Assembly: GCA_965198225.1 (NCBI GenBank)
Contig: CBDAOY010000006.1
Coordinates: 96,001-160,000, forward strand
DNA from: Terriglobia bacterium
GTDB lineage: Bacteria > Acidobacteriota > Terriglobia > 20CM-2-55-15
Length of the DNA stretch: 64,000 nt
Direction: 5' to 3'
The notes beneath the pieces were generated by a model. That model made no database searches and had not been told where the DNA came from. It saw only the letters and a list, made by a program, of their open reading frames with translations. This document shows, piece by piece, positions 31,435 through 41,590 of the stretch (position 1 is the stretch's first letter; every line of letters starts with the position of its first letter). The translations under genes were made by a program, and so were the position numbers.

Positions 31435-32745
31435 ATGTCTGGGGAGATCACCATCATCGGGGGTGGACTGGCCGGTTGTGAGGCAGCCTGGCAGGTGGTG
31501 CGTCAGGGAGGGCGGGCCCGACTGTTCGAGATGCGGCCGGAACAGGGGACTCCCGCGCACAAGACTGATCAGCTCGCCGAAATCGTTTGCAGCAACTCGC
31601 TGAAATCCGACACACCTTACAACGCGTCGTGGTTACTGAAGCAAGAGCTTCGCGCGCTCGGCTCGTTCCTGCTGGAGGTGGCCGATCGCGCGCGAGTGCC
31701 GGCCGGGGGCGCGTTGGCCGTCGACCGGAGCCGCTTCTCGGGGGCCGTGACCGAAGCGATCGAGGCGGAACCGAACATCGAGTTGATACGGCGAGAGGCA
31801 CCCGTGATTCCCGATGACGGGATCGTCATCGTGGCGAGCGGCCCCCTGACCTCGTCCTCATTGTCCCGGTCCATCCGGGACTTCTGCGGACAGGAACATC
31901 TCTACTTCTACGACGCCATCTCTCCCATCGTGGATGCGGAATCGATCGACGCAGGGAAGGTGTTTCGGGCTTCCCGGTACGGCAAGGCGGAAGGGGACTA
32001 CCTGAACTGCCCACTGAACCGGACGGAGTACGAACAGTTCTACGAAGCCTTGGTTTCCGCCGAGAGCGTGGAAATGCATGAATTCGAGGAGACCTGTTAC
32101 TTCGAAGCCTGCCTGCCGATCGAGGAAATGGCGCGACGTGGCGTCGACACTCTAAGATTCGGCCCGATGAAACCGGTTGGGCTCGAAGACCCCCGCACGG
32201 GAAAGCGCCCGTACGCGATCGTCCAGCTGAGGCAGGAAGACCTGATGGAAACCAGTTACAACATCGTGGGCTTCCAGAACCACCTCAAGTTCCCCGAGCA
32301 GCGGAGGATCTTCCGGATGATCCCCGGCCTTGAGAATGCAGAATTCCTCCGTCTGGGACAGATTCACAGAAACACCTACATCAACGCTCCAGCGATCCTG
32401 TCGGCCACGATGGCCTCGCGCAAGGAAGAAAGAATCTTCTTCGCCGGGCAGCTCGCTGGAACCGAGGGCTATATCGAAAACATCGCAACAGGAATGGTGG
32501 CGGGCATGAACGCCGCACGCCTGTCTAAAGGCGATCCGCTGCTCACCTTTCCCGACTCGACGGCGGTGGGCGCGCTGTGCCGGTACGTCAGTACGCCCCA
32601 AAGCCACTTCGCGCCAATGAACATCAATTTCGGGCTTCTGCCGCCTCTCGAAACATCGGAGAGGCTGCCCAAGGCCGAGCGACAAAAACGGGCCTGCGAG
32701 CGTGCTCTCGCGTCTCTCAAGCAGCAGCCGGTCGACGTGCGATGA
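31435..32745 (+). CDS. trmFO: FAD/folate-dependent tRNA (uracil54) methyltransferase
   Basis: GGGLAGCEAAWQ, VCSNS, FYDAISP, FGPMKPVGL, IHRNTY. Confidence 0.96.
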   Translation: MSGEITIIGGGLAGCEAAWQVVRQGGRARLFEMRPEQGTPAHKTDQLAEIVCSNSLKSDTPYNASWLLKQELRALGSFLLEVADRARVPAGGALAVDRSRFSGAVTEAIEAEPNIELIRREAPVIPDDGIVIVASGPLTSSSLSRSIRDFCGQEHLYFYDAISPIVDAESIDAGKVFRASRYGKAEGDYLNCPLNRTEYEQFYEALVSAESVEMHEFEETCYFEACLPIEEMARRGVDTLRFGPMKPVGLEDPRTGKRPYAIVQLRQEDLMETSYNIVGFQNHLKFPEQRRIFRMIPGLENAEFLRLGQIHRNTYINAPAILSATMASRKEERIFFAGQLAGTEGYIENIATGMVAGMNAARLSKGDPLLTFPDSTAVGALCRYVSTPQSHFAPMNINFGLLPPLETSERLPKAERQKRACERALASLKQQPVDVR

Positions 32746-33665
32746 AGAGGGAGATCGAATCGTTCCTCGCATCGCTCCGAGCCCGGGCCGCGTCTGACCA
32801 TACCGTCCTCAACTACGGTCGGGACCTGAGACGATTCGAGGCCTTCATGGATTCCCGGGAGGTGACACTGGACGCCGTCGATCACCTGTTCATCCGCGAC
32901 TTTCTCAATTCCCTGTACAAGCAGAAACTCAAGAAAAGCTCCGTGTCGCGCACGCTGGCGTGCATCCGGACGTTCTTCAAATTCCTGGTACGGCAGCAGC
33001 GTCTTAGGCGGAATCCGGCGGAAGTAGTTTCATCGCCGCGCCTGGGGAAGCAGCTACCGACCTACTTGAGCGAATCCGAAGTCAGCCAGATGATGGACGT
33101 CGATCAAGAAGCCACGCTGAAAAACCTCCGGGATCGGGCGATCCTGGAGCTCCTCTACGCCAGCGGTCTCCGCGTGAGCGAGCTCGTTGGACTCAATGCC
33201 TCCGACCTGGATCGCGGAGAACTGCTCGTTCGGGTTCTCGGAAAGGGTGGCAGGGAGCGGATTGTTCCGTTCGGCAGTTTCGCATCCGGAGCTCTGGACC
33301 TCTATATGTCGGAGCGACAGAGGGAACAGAAGATGCTGCCCGACAGCAGGGGAAACCTGCCCCTGTTCATCAACCTGCGCGGCACCCGACTCGGCGCCCG
33401 CTCGGTGGAGCGGCTCCTTGAGCGCTATCGCCGGTTCCTGAAGCCGGGACGCCAGGTCACACCGCATACCCTGCGACACAGCTTCGCGACACACCTGCTC
33501 GAAAACGGGGCCGATCTCCGCAGCATCCAGGAACTGCTCGGCCATTCAAGTCTCTCGACGACGCAGAAATACACCCACGTAAGCCTGCAGCACCTCCGCC
33601 GGGAGTACGACAAGGCCCACCCGAGGGCTCACTCCGAGGGTGCCGCGTCCGGGGAGGGAAGCTAG
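32742..33665 (+). CDS. xerC: Tyrosine recombinase XerC
   Basis: RDRAILELLYASGLRVSEL, PHTLRHSFATH, LLGH...TTQKY; topA-trmFO-xerC synteny. Confidence 0.9.
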   Translation: MKREIESFLASLRARAASDHTVLNYGRDLRRFEAFMDSREVTLDAVDHLFIRDFLNSLYKQKLKKSSVSRTLACIRTFFKFLVRQQRLRRNPAEVVSSPRLGKQLPTYLSESEVSQMMDVDQEATLKNLRDRAILELLYASGLRVSELVGLNASDLDRGELLVRVLGKGGRERIVPFGSFASGALDLYMSERQREQKMLPDSRGNLPLFINLRGTRLGARSVERLLERYRRFLKPGRQVTPHTLRHSFATHLLENGADLRSIQELLGHSSLSTTQKYTHVSLQHLRREYDKAHPRAHSEGAASGEGS

Positions 33666-33669
33666 CGGC

Positions 33670-34569
33670 ATGCGCGTCCTCATCGCAGACGACGATGAGT
33701 CCTTGCGGACCGCTCTGGCACGATGGCTCTCGAAGTGGGGATACGAGGTCGTCATGGCGGCCGACGCTGCCGAAGCCTGGCGATACCTGGACGGCGAGGA
33801 CCCGCCCAGGCTCGTTCTTGTCGATTGGATGATGCCGGGCATGAAGGGTGTTGAAGCCTGCCGCCGTCTACGCGGAAAACCGGATGGCGCCCACTACTAC
33901 ATCGTTTTGCTGACGGGGGAAAGCGGCCGCGAGAACATGATCGAAGGCATCAACGCGGGCGCCGACGACTACGTCGTCAAGCCCTTCGACGAACAGGAAC
34001 TGGGAGTTCGCTTGCGCGCCGGTCGCCGGATCGTCGAATTGCAGGAAGCACTCCAGCGCGAGGCTTCCACTGATTCACTGACCGGTTTGCGCAATCGGAC
34101 CGCGATCTTCAGCATTCTGAGGAGGGAGTTGCAGCGGGCGCAGCGGATGACGACCCCTCTCGGTGTTGCCATGGTGGACGTCGACCACTTCAAACAACTC
34201 AACGACACACACGGTCACCTGGCAGGAGACGATTGTCTTCAAGAAGTCGCTCACCGGCTCCACTCCTCTCTGCGAACCTACGATTCGATCGGGCGGTGGG
34301 GCGGCGAGGAGTTTCTGATCGTTCTTCCCGGCTGTTCCGTCGACACCGCCACCGCTATCGCGGAACGCGTGCGCACTTCGATCGCCGACACTCCGGTGAC
34401 CGCCAGGGGCATTACGGCTACGGTCACGATCAGCGCCGGGGTCGCCTGCTGGGTCGGCGGACCGGTTCAAGACCCAGACACATTGATTCATGCGGCCGAT
34501 CAGGCCCTCTACCGCGCAAAGGAAGGCGGCCGGAATCAAGTCCATGTTGGAGAGGTGGACGACGACTGA
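33670..34569 (+). CDS. Response regulator diguanylate cyclase (REC-GGDEF)
   Basis: REC domain (DWMMP, K), DVDHFK, I-site RTYD, GGEEF. Confidence 0.93.
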   Translation: MRVLIADDDESLRTALARWLSKWGYEVVMAADAAEAWRYLDGEDPPRLVLVDWMMPGMKGVEACRRLRGKPDGAHYYIVLLTGESGRENMIEGINAGADDYVVKPFDEQELGVRLRAGRRIVELQEALQREASTDSLTGLRNRTAIFSILRRELQRAQRMTTPLGVAMVDVDHFKQLNDTHGHLAGDDCLQEVAHRLHSSLRTYDSIGRWGGEEFLIVLPGCSVDTATAIAERVRTSIADTPVTARGITATVTISAGVACWVGGPVQDPDTLIHAADQALYRAKEGGRNQVHVGEVDDD

Positions 34570-34729
34570 CCGAAGGTCAGTCGTCGTCAGTTGTCAGTAG
34601 TCAGTGATCGATCACGATGCCTCGTGGAGGTGTGAAGATGCCGCTGGACGGATCGGCTAGACCGGTGACGATCGTGGGCGGACCGGGGCGGGAGTCCGAA
34701 GGCCGGTGGCGCCCCGAACGCTAATCCAC

Positions 34730-34800
34730 GTGTAGGTGCGCTCTATGAGCGCACGAATTCGACTTGTGAAACGATGTGCGGTTACAGACCGCACCGACAC
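34730..34800. repeat. REPIN-like doublet, family A (right arm degenerate)
   Basis: GTGTAGGTGCGCTCTATGAGCGCAC ... GTGCGGTTACAGACCGCACCGACAC. Confidence 0.85.
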
Positions 34801-34811
34801 TTCTGCCTACT

Positions 34812-34878
34812 CTTCTGCGCAGTGAACACCCGGGGACAGGGCTATACCCCTGTCCCCCTCACGTCGGCTCTCTCGCGG
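34812..34878 (-). repeat. Palindromic repeat, family B
   Basis: TGAACACCCGGGGACAGGGCTATACCCCTGTCCCCCTCAC. Confidence 0.85.
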
Positions 34879-34898
34879 CACCTGGTCGCTACGCGAAT

Positions 34899-34928
34899 TT
34901 GACACCTACGCTTAGATCTAAGTAAAAT
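34899..34928 (+). promoter_or_regulatory. Sigma70 promoter of rplU-rpmA
   Basis: TTGACA-N18-TAAAAT, followed by GGAGG RBS. Confidence 0.7.
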
Positions 34929-34959
34929 TGAGTTTTGTCTTATCCGGAGGATTCCGAAC

Positions 34960-35274
34960 ATGTATGCAGTAGTACGGTCGGGCGGTAAGCAGCACCGTGT
35001 GGAACCGGGTGATCGGCTCAGGGTCGAGAAGCTGGAAGGCGACGTGGGTTCCAAGATCGAGCTCGGCGACGTCCTGATGGTCGAGAAGGACGGCAAGGTC
35101 ACCCTCGGCGAGCCTGTTATCACCAAGGCCAAAGTGAAGGCCACGGTACTGGGCCAGGATCGAGACAAGAAGATCATCGTCTTCAAGAAGAAACGGAAGA
35201 AGCAGTACCGCCGGACACGCGGACACCGGCAGCCCTACACCGAGCTGCTGGTGGACGACATCAAGCTGAGGTAG
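34960..35274 (+). CDS. rplU: 50S ribosomal protein L21
   Basis: MYAVVRSGGKQHRV...GHRQPYT. Confidence 0.98.
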   Translation: MYAVVRSGGKQHRVEPGDRLRVEKLEGDVGSKIELGDVLMVEKDGKVTLGEPVITKAKVKATVLGQDRDKKIIVFKKKRKKQYRRTRGHRQPYTELLVDDIKLR

Positions 35275-35283
35275 GAGTTTTTC

Positions 35284-35544
35284 ATGGCCCACAAGAAAGG
35301 CGTCGGAAGCTCACGCAACGGCCGCGACAGCAACTCTCAACGGCTCGGCGTGAAGCGTTTTGCCGGACAGTACGTCACCGGCGGCTCGATCCTGGTCCGG
35401 CAGCGGGGCACTCGCTTCAAACCCGGCGCCAACGTCGGGCGGGGCAAGGACGACACGCTGTTCGCCAAGAGATCCGGAGTCGTCGAGTTCCGGGATCGCG
35501 GTCGAGCGGGCCGCTTCATCAACGTCGCTCCAGCCTCTGAATAG
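35284..35544 (+). CDS. rpmA: 50S ribosomal protein L27
   Basis: [16 protein letters not shown]. Confidence 0.98.
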   Translation: MAHKKGVGSSRNGRDSNSQRLGVKRFAGQYVTGGSILVRQRGTRFKPGANVGRGKDDTLFAKRSGVVEFRDRGRAGRFINVAPASE

Positions 35545-35566
35545 CGCGCTCGCAAGAGAAAATCGG

Positions 35567-35604
35567 GAGCCAGGTCCGGCAGAGTCCGGGTCCTGGCTCT
35601 TTCT
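35567..35604 (+). terminator. Putative intrinsic terminator after rpmA
   Basis: GAGCCAGG...CCTGGCTC hairpin followed by TTTCT. Confidence 0.55.
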
Positions 35605-35644
35605 GCATTAGCAGTCGTCTTTCTGCAATAGCAGGCCGCATCCC

Positions 35645-36658
35645 ATGTTCATCGACGAAGCCAGGATCAGCGTCCGCGCCGGCAATGGCGGGCATGGCTG
35701 TATCGCCTTCCGCCGCGAGAAGTTCGTCGCAAAGGGAGGGCCCAGCGGGGGCAATGGCGGGCGCGGCGGCGACGTCTACCTCGTTTCGAGCACCCAGGAG
35801 AACACCCTCCTGAAGTTCCGCTACAACCGTCAGTTCCGGGCCGATCGAGGACGACACGGTGAAGGCAGCGATCGACACGGCAAGAGCGGTAAGGACCTGT
35901 TGATCACGGTTCCGGTCGGCACCCTCGTTTACGACGACCAGACCGGTGCCCTCATGCAGGATTTCGACCGCGGAGACGAGCGTTGGATGGCCGCGGCCGG
36001 TGGACGCGGCGGCAAAGGGAACGCGCACTTCGCATCGTCGGTGAACCGGGCGCCCAGGAAAGCGCAGGACGGTGAAGCGGGCGCAGAAAAAGCGCTCCGG
36101 CTCGAGTTGAAGCTGCTGGCCGACGTCGGGCTGGTCGGCTTCCCGAACGCCGGCAAGTCAACGTTGATTTCGTCGATCTCGGCCGCCCACCCGAAGATCG
36201 CCGGCTACCCGTTTACAACGCTCGAGCCGAGCCTCGGCGTCGTTGAAGCCGAGAACTTCGAGACTTTCGTGATGGCCGATATCCCGGGCCTCATCGAAGG
36301 CGCGCACGAAGGACACGGACTCGGCCTGCAGTTTCTCCGTCACATCGAAAGAACGCATCTCTTGCTGTACCTGATCGACGTGTCGGTGGGCAACGAAGCG
36401 AATCCGGTCTCCCAACTGGAAGTGCTGCAGTCCGAACTCGAAGAGCATGACCCGATGCTCGTGCGGAAGCCCGCGGCTGTAGTCGCGTCGAAAATGGACA
36501 GCGTCGAAGGTGAGAAGCTCGAAGCCCTGGAGCAATGGTGTGGACACCAAAACCTCGAGTTGGTTAGAATTTCTTCAATCACTGGTAAGGGGCTCGATGA
36601 GTTGAAGCAAACGGTGGTCCGCAAGCTCGCGCCGAGAGACGAGACCGGGGGGTCGTGA
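35645..36658 (+). CDS. obgE: GTPase ObgE
   Basis: Gly-rich Obg domain, [17 protein letters not shown]. Confidence 0.97.
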   Translation: MFIDEARISVRAGNGGHGCIAFRREKFVAKGGPSGGNGGRGGDVYLVSSTQENTLLKFRYNRQFRADRGRHGEGSDRHGKSGKDLLITVPVGTLVYDDQTGALMQDFDRGDERWMAAAGGRGGKGNAHFASSVNRAPRKAQDGEAGAEKALRLELKLLADVGLVGFPNAGKSTLISSISAAHPKIAGYPFTTLEPSLGVVEAENFETFVMADIPGLIEGAHEGHGLGLQFLRHIERTHLLLYLIDVSVGNEANPVSQLEVLQSELEEHDPMLVRKPAAVVASKMDSVEGEKLEALEQWCGHQNLELVRISSITGKGLDELKQTVVRKLAPRDETGGS

Positions 36659-37272
36659 GAATAGCCATTCTCGGGGGGACTTTCGATCCCATTCACAACG
36701 GACATCTCGCTGCAGCTCGGGCGGTCGCTGAAGCCTTTGACCTTGATGAAGTTCAATTCATCCCAACATTCTCCTCTCCTCACAAACCGGCATCGGGAAT
36801 TACCTCACCGTTCCACCGCTTCGCAATGGTCGCCCTCGCGACAGCCGACATCGAGCGATTCACGATTTCGACCAGCGAGGTCGATTGTCTGGAAGCCCGC
36901 TATTCGGTGGATACGCTGAAACTGATGCACGAGCGATACCCCGATTCCTGGTTTGTCTTCATCACGGGAACCGACATGTACGAGGAAATCGAGAGCTGGA
37001 GGGAGTATCGACAGCTGTTCGATCTCACCAGCTTCGCGGTCGTAAACCGGCCGGGTTTCGCGATGCGCGACGACATCGCTCCAGTGGAGCTCATCGAGCG
37101 GGGCGCAACTGCCAGGACGGGCGCTGGGCCGGCGGTCTACTACTTTCCGTCGGTCGAATGCGACATTTCCTCCACTCAGATTCGTGAAGAACTGAAGCGC
37201 GGCGGCAATGCCGGACGCTGGATCCAGCCGGCCGTACGCGTTTACATCGATAAACATAAGCTCTACGCATAA
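36655..37272 (+). CDS. nadD: Nicotinate-nucleotide adenylyltransferase
   Basis: [18 protein letters not shown]. Confidence 0.95.
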   Translation: MRIAILGGTFDPIHNGHLAAARAVAEAFDLDEVQFIPTFSSPHKPASGITSPFHRFAMVALATADIERFTISTSEVDCLEARYSVDTLKLMHERYPDSWFVFITGTDMYEEIESWREYRQLFDLTSFAVVNRPGFAMRDDIAPVELIERGATARTGAGPAVYYFPSVECDISSTQIREELKRGGNAGRWIQPAVRVYIDKHKLYA

Positions 37273-37279
37273 GGAGAGT

Positions 37280-37654
37280 ATTACGTCTCAAGAGAGAACG
37301 AAGGATAACGCGCTGCAGGAATTACTGGAAGCGGCCCTCGACAAGAAGGCCGATAATGTCATCGTCCTGGAACTCGAAGGTATCTGCTCTTTCTCGGATC
37401 GATTCATCATCTGCACGGGAACCTCAATCCGTCAGAACCAGACGATCGCCGACGGGATCGACGAACGGTTGAGACAATCAGGAATCCGGGCCACTCACAT
37501 CGAGGGGTACTCCGAAGGCGAGTGGATCCTGATGGACTACCTGGACTTTGTCGTCCACATCTTCACCGAACGTGCCCGCGAGTTCTACAACCTGGAACGC
37601 CTCTGGCGGGCGGGAAAGCGCCGCGAAGCGCAGGAGTTGATCGAAGCGGTGTGA
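37280..37654 (+). CDS. rsfS: Ribosome silencing factor (start uncertain: ATT 37280 or CTG 37313)
   Basis: ALDKKA, WILMDY, VVHIF, REFYNLERLW; nadD-rsfS-rlmH synteny. Confidence 0.9.
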   Translation: MTSQERTKDNALQELLEAALDKKADNVIVLELEGICSFSDRFIICTGTSIRQNQTIADGIDERLRQSGIRATHIEGYSEGEWILMDYLDFVVHIFTERAREFYNLERLWRAGKRREAQELIEAV

Positions 37655-37832
37655 AGAAGACGTAGGCCGTTGGCAGAGGTGGTAGTCTGCACTCGCAATC
37701 GGATAACTGACTGCTGAGAATTCGGTCACCATTACTCCAGACAGCTCATGGCAGAGGAAAGGGCTGCACATAGATCGGACGAACCGTCCCGTTACCCCCT
37801 CGTCTATTACGACGAATCTCCCCTGATAGACG

Positions 37833-38028
37833 TAATGCTCCTACATTGCGAGGAGGAGCGACAACGAAGACGGTGCCGTTCCGCCGCAACCCTCCGGGCC
37901 GATGGGGGTTGGGGTCGATCTCTTTGTCGTTCGTCGTCATGATGAAACCGCATCAATTCCTCCTCTCTCCTCGACCTGGACTGGCAAGACCCATCGGCGA
38001 TGGTGCCGATGTCTCCGTTACAGGCCAC
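37833..38028. mobile_element. Partial second copy of the MITE-like element
   Basis: 55/60 nt match to 23224-23283; right end GTTACAGGCCAC. Confidence 0.7.
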
Positions 38029-38030
38029 TC

Positions 38031-38492
38031 GTGAAGTTGAAGGTGATCTGGGTGGGAAGAAACAAGAGCGCAGAACTCGCACACGTGTGCGAGGAGTTTG
38101 TCGGGAGGATTCGCCGCTTCGTCCCGCTGGAAGTCATCGAGATCAAAGATCCGCGGGTCACGAACGAGAAGAAGAGGACCGAGGTCGAGGGCGAAGGGAT
38201 CCTGTCCGCGCTGGACAAACCGGCTTTCGCCATCGCCCTGGATCCGAATGGACGAACCTATGATTCCAGCGGCTTCTCGAAGTTCCTCGACAAACACATG
38301 ACCGAAGATTCGCGCAACCTGGCCTTCGTCGTCGGAGGCCACAATGGCCTGTCCGAGGGCGTCAAGAAACGCGCCGATGAACTATTCTCGCTGTCGGATC
38401 TGACTTTCAGCCACGACCTGGCCCGCCTCGTACTTCTGGAACAGCTTTACCGCGCTCTGTCAATCATCCGCAATCACCCCTACGCCCGGTAA
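38031..38492 (+). CDS. rlmH: 23S rRNA (pseudouridine1915-N3)-methyltransferase
   Basis: FVVGGHNG, SLSDLTFSH, LLEQLYRA, HPY. Confidence 0.94.
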   Translation: MKLKVIWVGRNKSAELAHVCEEFVGRIRRFVPLEVIEIKDPRVTNEKKRTEVEGEGILSALDKPAFAIALDPNGRTYDSSGFSKFLDKHMTEDSRNLAFVVGGHNGLSEGVKKRADELFSLSDLTFSHDLARLVLLEQLYRALSIIRNHPYAR

Positions 38493-38620
38493 CTGGCCGG
38501 CCTAAGCTCCCCTCGATACGAAAGGCTTTGTTTTTCCCACGCCAGTTTGTATCGTACTGTTCGGAACGAGTGATATATATGCCGTTCGGCACCCCAACGA
38601 CAGCCCTTCGGAGGTTCGTT

Positions 38621-40537
38621 ATGGTACGGCTCTTTTCCATGGTCTTGCTCGTGCTCCTGCCCTCGACCCTCACTGCTCAGGACACGCTCCCGGGCGACTG
38701 GCGGGATTTCCCGACTTACAAGGACGAAGTGGTGGCTTCCAGGGGGGTGGTTGCAACCAATCACCCACTCGCGTCGGCTGCCGGCCAGATGGTCCTCGCC
38801 AAGGGCGGGAACGCGGTGGACGCGATCATCTCGGCCTATTTCGCACTCTCCGTGGTGGAGCCCGCAATGTCGAGTCCGTTCGGCTCCGGATTCATCAGCA
38901 TCTACACCGCTGATGGAGAAGCAGTGACGCTCGACAACTACACCGTTGCGCCGGGCGAAGCGACCCCGCACATGTACGAGCTCGTGCACCCGGAAGACGA
39001 GACCGCACAGGCAGAGGCGGGACACGTCACCCGCGACGAGGCAAACGCAGTCGGGTACCGCTCGATCGGGGTTCCCGGCAACCTGAAGGCCTGGCTATGG
39101 GCCCTCAAGAACCACGGGAGTCGGAAGCTGTCGTTCGACCAGATCCTGGCCCCGGCAATCGACTACGCTAAGAACGGCGTTCTGCTCTCCCCGGCCGCAG
39201 CGCGGATCATCGAGGAGAGAAAGGATCGGAACAGCAGATTCCCCGGCTGGGCCGCGGAGTTTCTCCCCGGGGGCCGAGCGCCTCGGACGGGCGAGCTGTT
39301 TCGCCGGCCTGCGTACGCCGTCACCCTCGAGGCTTTGGCAAACGCCGGTCCGGCATCGGCGACCTTCGACGAGCAGCTCGAGGCCGCAGGGGAGCGCTTC
39401 TACCGGGGCGACATCGCTCGCAACGTGGTCGGATACGTGCGGTCGGAGGGCGGAATCCTTTCGATGGAGGATCTGGCCTGGTACTGGGGTCGCGGGCTTG
39501 ACGACTTGTCCGAGGGGCAGGGACTGCGCCTGCGCACACCTGTTCGGGGAACATATCGGGGATACGAGATCATCGCGATGCCCCCGACGTCGTCGGGAGG
39601 CACCCATATCGTTGAAATCCTGAACATTCTCGAAGGCTACGACCTGGCTGCGCTCGGCTTCGGGACCCCGGAGACGCTGCATCTCATGACCGAGGCGATG
39701 AAGATCGCCTGGGCAGATCGGGATGCCTATATGGGCGACCCCGATTATGCGGGGAAGGATCCGTCCTACGAGTACGCCCCTCCGCCCGTCAGCGAGCTGA
39801 TCGATCCCGGTTACGCGGCTCGCCGTCGAAAGGAGATTGATCCCGGGCGGGCCGGGCGCTACCCACCAGGGCAGTTCGGAGAGGAAACTCCCGAGCCCCT
39901 GGGAGCTCCGCTGGTGGAGTCGGCGAACACCACGCACGCCACTGCCGCCGATTCGGAGGGCAACGTGGTCTCGATGACTCAAACGCTCAACCATGGTTTC
40001 GGATCCGGCGTGGCCGTGCCAGGAGCGGAGCCGGGCGCCGGGATGCTCCTGAACAACACGATGACGCTGTTCGACCCGGACCCCCGCCCGGGTTTCGAGC
40101 GTGCGAATGCCATCGCCCCGCGGAAGCGGCAGCTCAGCAGCATGTCGCCGACCATCGTCCTCAAGGACGGAAAGCCGTTCATGGCCCTGGGCACGCCGGG
40201 TGGCACGAGGATCTACGCCACGGTCCTGCAGGGGATCATCAACGTGATCGACCACGGGATGAGCATCCAGCAGGCTGTCGAGGCCCCGCGGATCTGGAGC
40301 ATGATGTACGGCGACTTGAATATGGAGGAGGGCTTCCCGAAGGCGCTCGTTGAACCCCTGGAGAAGATGGGGCATTCCGTCCTCCGTGTCCGCACGGTGG
40401 CCGGTGGGATGAACGGGGTCCTCATCGACCCCGAGACCGGACTGATCCACGGTGGCGCATGCTGGCGGCGTGACGGATCGGTGGCGGGCTGGAGCGGCGG
40501 CGACGCTCTACCCCTGTCCAGCCCACACCCACAGTAG
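38621..40537 (+). CDS. ggt: Gamma-glutamyltransferase (secreted)
   Basis: Signal peptide, GGNAVDA, catalytic TTH, RQLSSMSP, GTPGG; GGAGG RBS before ATG 38621. Confidence 0.92.
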   Translation: MVRLFSMVLLVLLPSTLTAQDTLPGDWRDFPTYKDEVVASRGVVATNHPLASAAGQMVLAKGGNAVDAIISAYFALSVVEPAMSSPFGSGFISIYTADGEAVTLDNYTVAPGEATPHMYELVHPEDETAQAEAGHVTRDEANAVGYRSIGVPGNLKAWLWALKNHGSRKLSFDQILAPAIDYAKNGVLLSPAAARIIEERKDRNSRFPGWAAEFLPGGRAPRTGELFRRPAYAVTLEALANAGPASATFDEQLEAAGERFYRGDIARNVVGYVRSEGGILSMEDLAWYWGRGLDDLSEGQGLRLRTPVRGTYRGYEIIAMPPTSSGGTHIVEILNILEGYDLAALGFGTPETLHLMTEAMKIAWADRDAYMGDPDYAGKDPSYEYAPPPVSELIDPGYAARRRKEIDPGRAGRYPPGQFGEETPEPLGAPLVESANTTHATAADSEGNVVSMTQTLNHGFGSGVAVPGAEPGAGMLLNNTMTLFDPDPRPGFERANAIAPRKRQLSSMSPTIVLKDGKPFMALGTPGGTRIYATVLQGIINVIDHGMSIQQAVEAPRIWSMMYGDLNMEEGFPKALVEPLEKMGHSVLRVRTVAGGMNGVLIDPETGLIHGGACWRRDGSVAGWSGGDALPLSSPHPQ

Positions 40538-40618
40538 CGGCGATAGCGCTGAGCGTTCGCACCTAGACAGTTCGAGGGGGGGGGGGGATTATTGGAGAAG
40601 CCCAAGTCCAAAACGGAA

Positions 40619-40688
40619 GTGTAGGTGCGGTCTATGACCGCACATTCTTCAAGCCCGAACGATGTGCGCTCATAGAGCGCACCTACAC
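40619..40688. repeat. REPIN-like doublet, family A
   Basis: Two inverted GTAG REPs as at 534 and 16379. Confidence 0.9.
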
Positions 40689-40864
40689 CCGATCCAAGAG
40701 TTTCGCTTGTCTCCGCGTTGTGCTGACGCAAAGGCGGTAGAGACGCAGAGTCATATGTTCGGATTGACAGAGTCTCTCTCTGCGTCTTAGCGTCTTTGCG
40801 CCAAGGCCACCCCGGCCGGCGTGATATATTTGGTCGAGCCCTTCCTTTTCTGAATCTAAATCCA

Positions 40865-41590
40865 TTGATTGATACGATTTTGAATCTACTCTTCCCGGTG
40901 GACTGCGTGCTGTGTGGGAAACCGGCAAAGGAGTGGGCCTGCGGGGTGCTGTGCCGGACATGTGCTACGGCGTTCAAGCCTGTTGGCGGGCGGATGTGTC
41001 CGCGGTGTGGTTACCAGGCTCCGGCGATTGACGGTCTCTGTGGTCGGTGTCGAACAGGCGACACCCGCTACGACTTCGGGCGGGCGGCACTCGTCTTCGA
41101 TGAGTCCCTCCGTCTCGCGATCCACCACTTCAAATACAACGATCGCGTCTCCCTCGCCCGACCGCTTGGGGCCGCCCTTCGAGCATGCCTCGAGGATGAG
41201 GACTTCGACGCCGAACTGATCGTTCCCGTACCGCTGCATCGATCCCGCGAGCGAGAACGCGGATACAACCAGGCGGAGCTGCTGGCGGCAACGCTGGGAA
41301 GGCCTGTGGATCGCAGCCTGCTCGGACGGAGGCGGCCGACCGCGACTCAGACAGGCCTGACGCGACACCAGCGCTCCCTCAACGTTCGTGGAGCGTTTGA
41401 AGTCCGACGGAAGGTATCCGGTTCGGTGTTGATCGTCGACGATGTCGAGACGACCGGATCGACCATCAACGAGGTCGCGAGGGTTCTCCAGCGGGGTGGC
41501 GCTTCGCGGATCGAGGTGCTGACGCTGGCGCGCGTCGCCGACGCTACGAGCTTGCAGCCGGAGCCGACTGAACTTCTCGAGTCTCGCTGA
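40865..41590 (+). CDS. comF: ComF family protein (start approximate)
   Basis: Zinc-ribbon CxxC pairs, VPVPLH, RGYNQ, VDDVETTGST; 3' end overlaps the convergent lpxC. Confidence 0.9.
   Translation: MIDTILNLLFPVDCVLCGKPAKEWACGVLCRTCATAFKPVGGRMCPRCGYQAPAIDGLCGRCRTGDTRYDFGRAALVFDESLRLAIHHFKYNDRVSLARPLGAALRACLEDEDFDAELIVPVPLHRSRERERGYNQAELLAATLGRPVDRSLLGRRRPTATQTGLTRHQRSLNVRGAFEVRRKVSGSVLIVDDVETTGSTINEVARVLQRGGASRIEVLTLARVADATSLQPEPTELLESR

Noticed and set aside
32742-33665. xerC as a prophage integrase
   Set aside because: Housekeeping topA-trmFO-xerC context; no phage genes, att sites or dif site seen.
40576-40587. G12 tract as a phase-variation switch
   Set aside because: Intergenic, downstream of ggt and not in an evident promoter or CDS; homopolymer length is unreliable.
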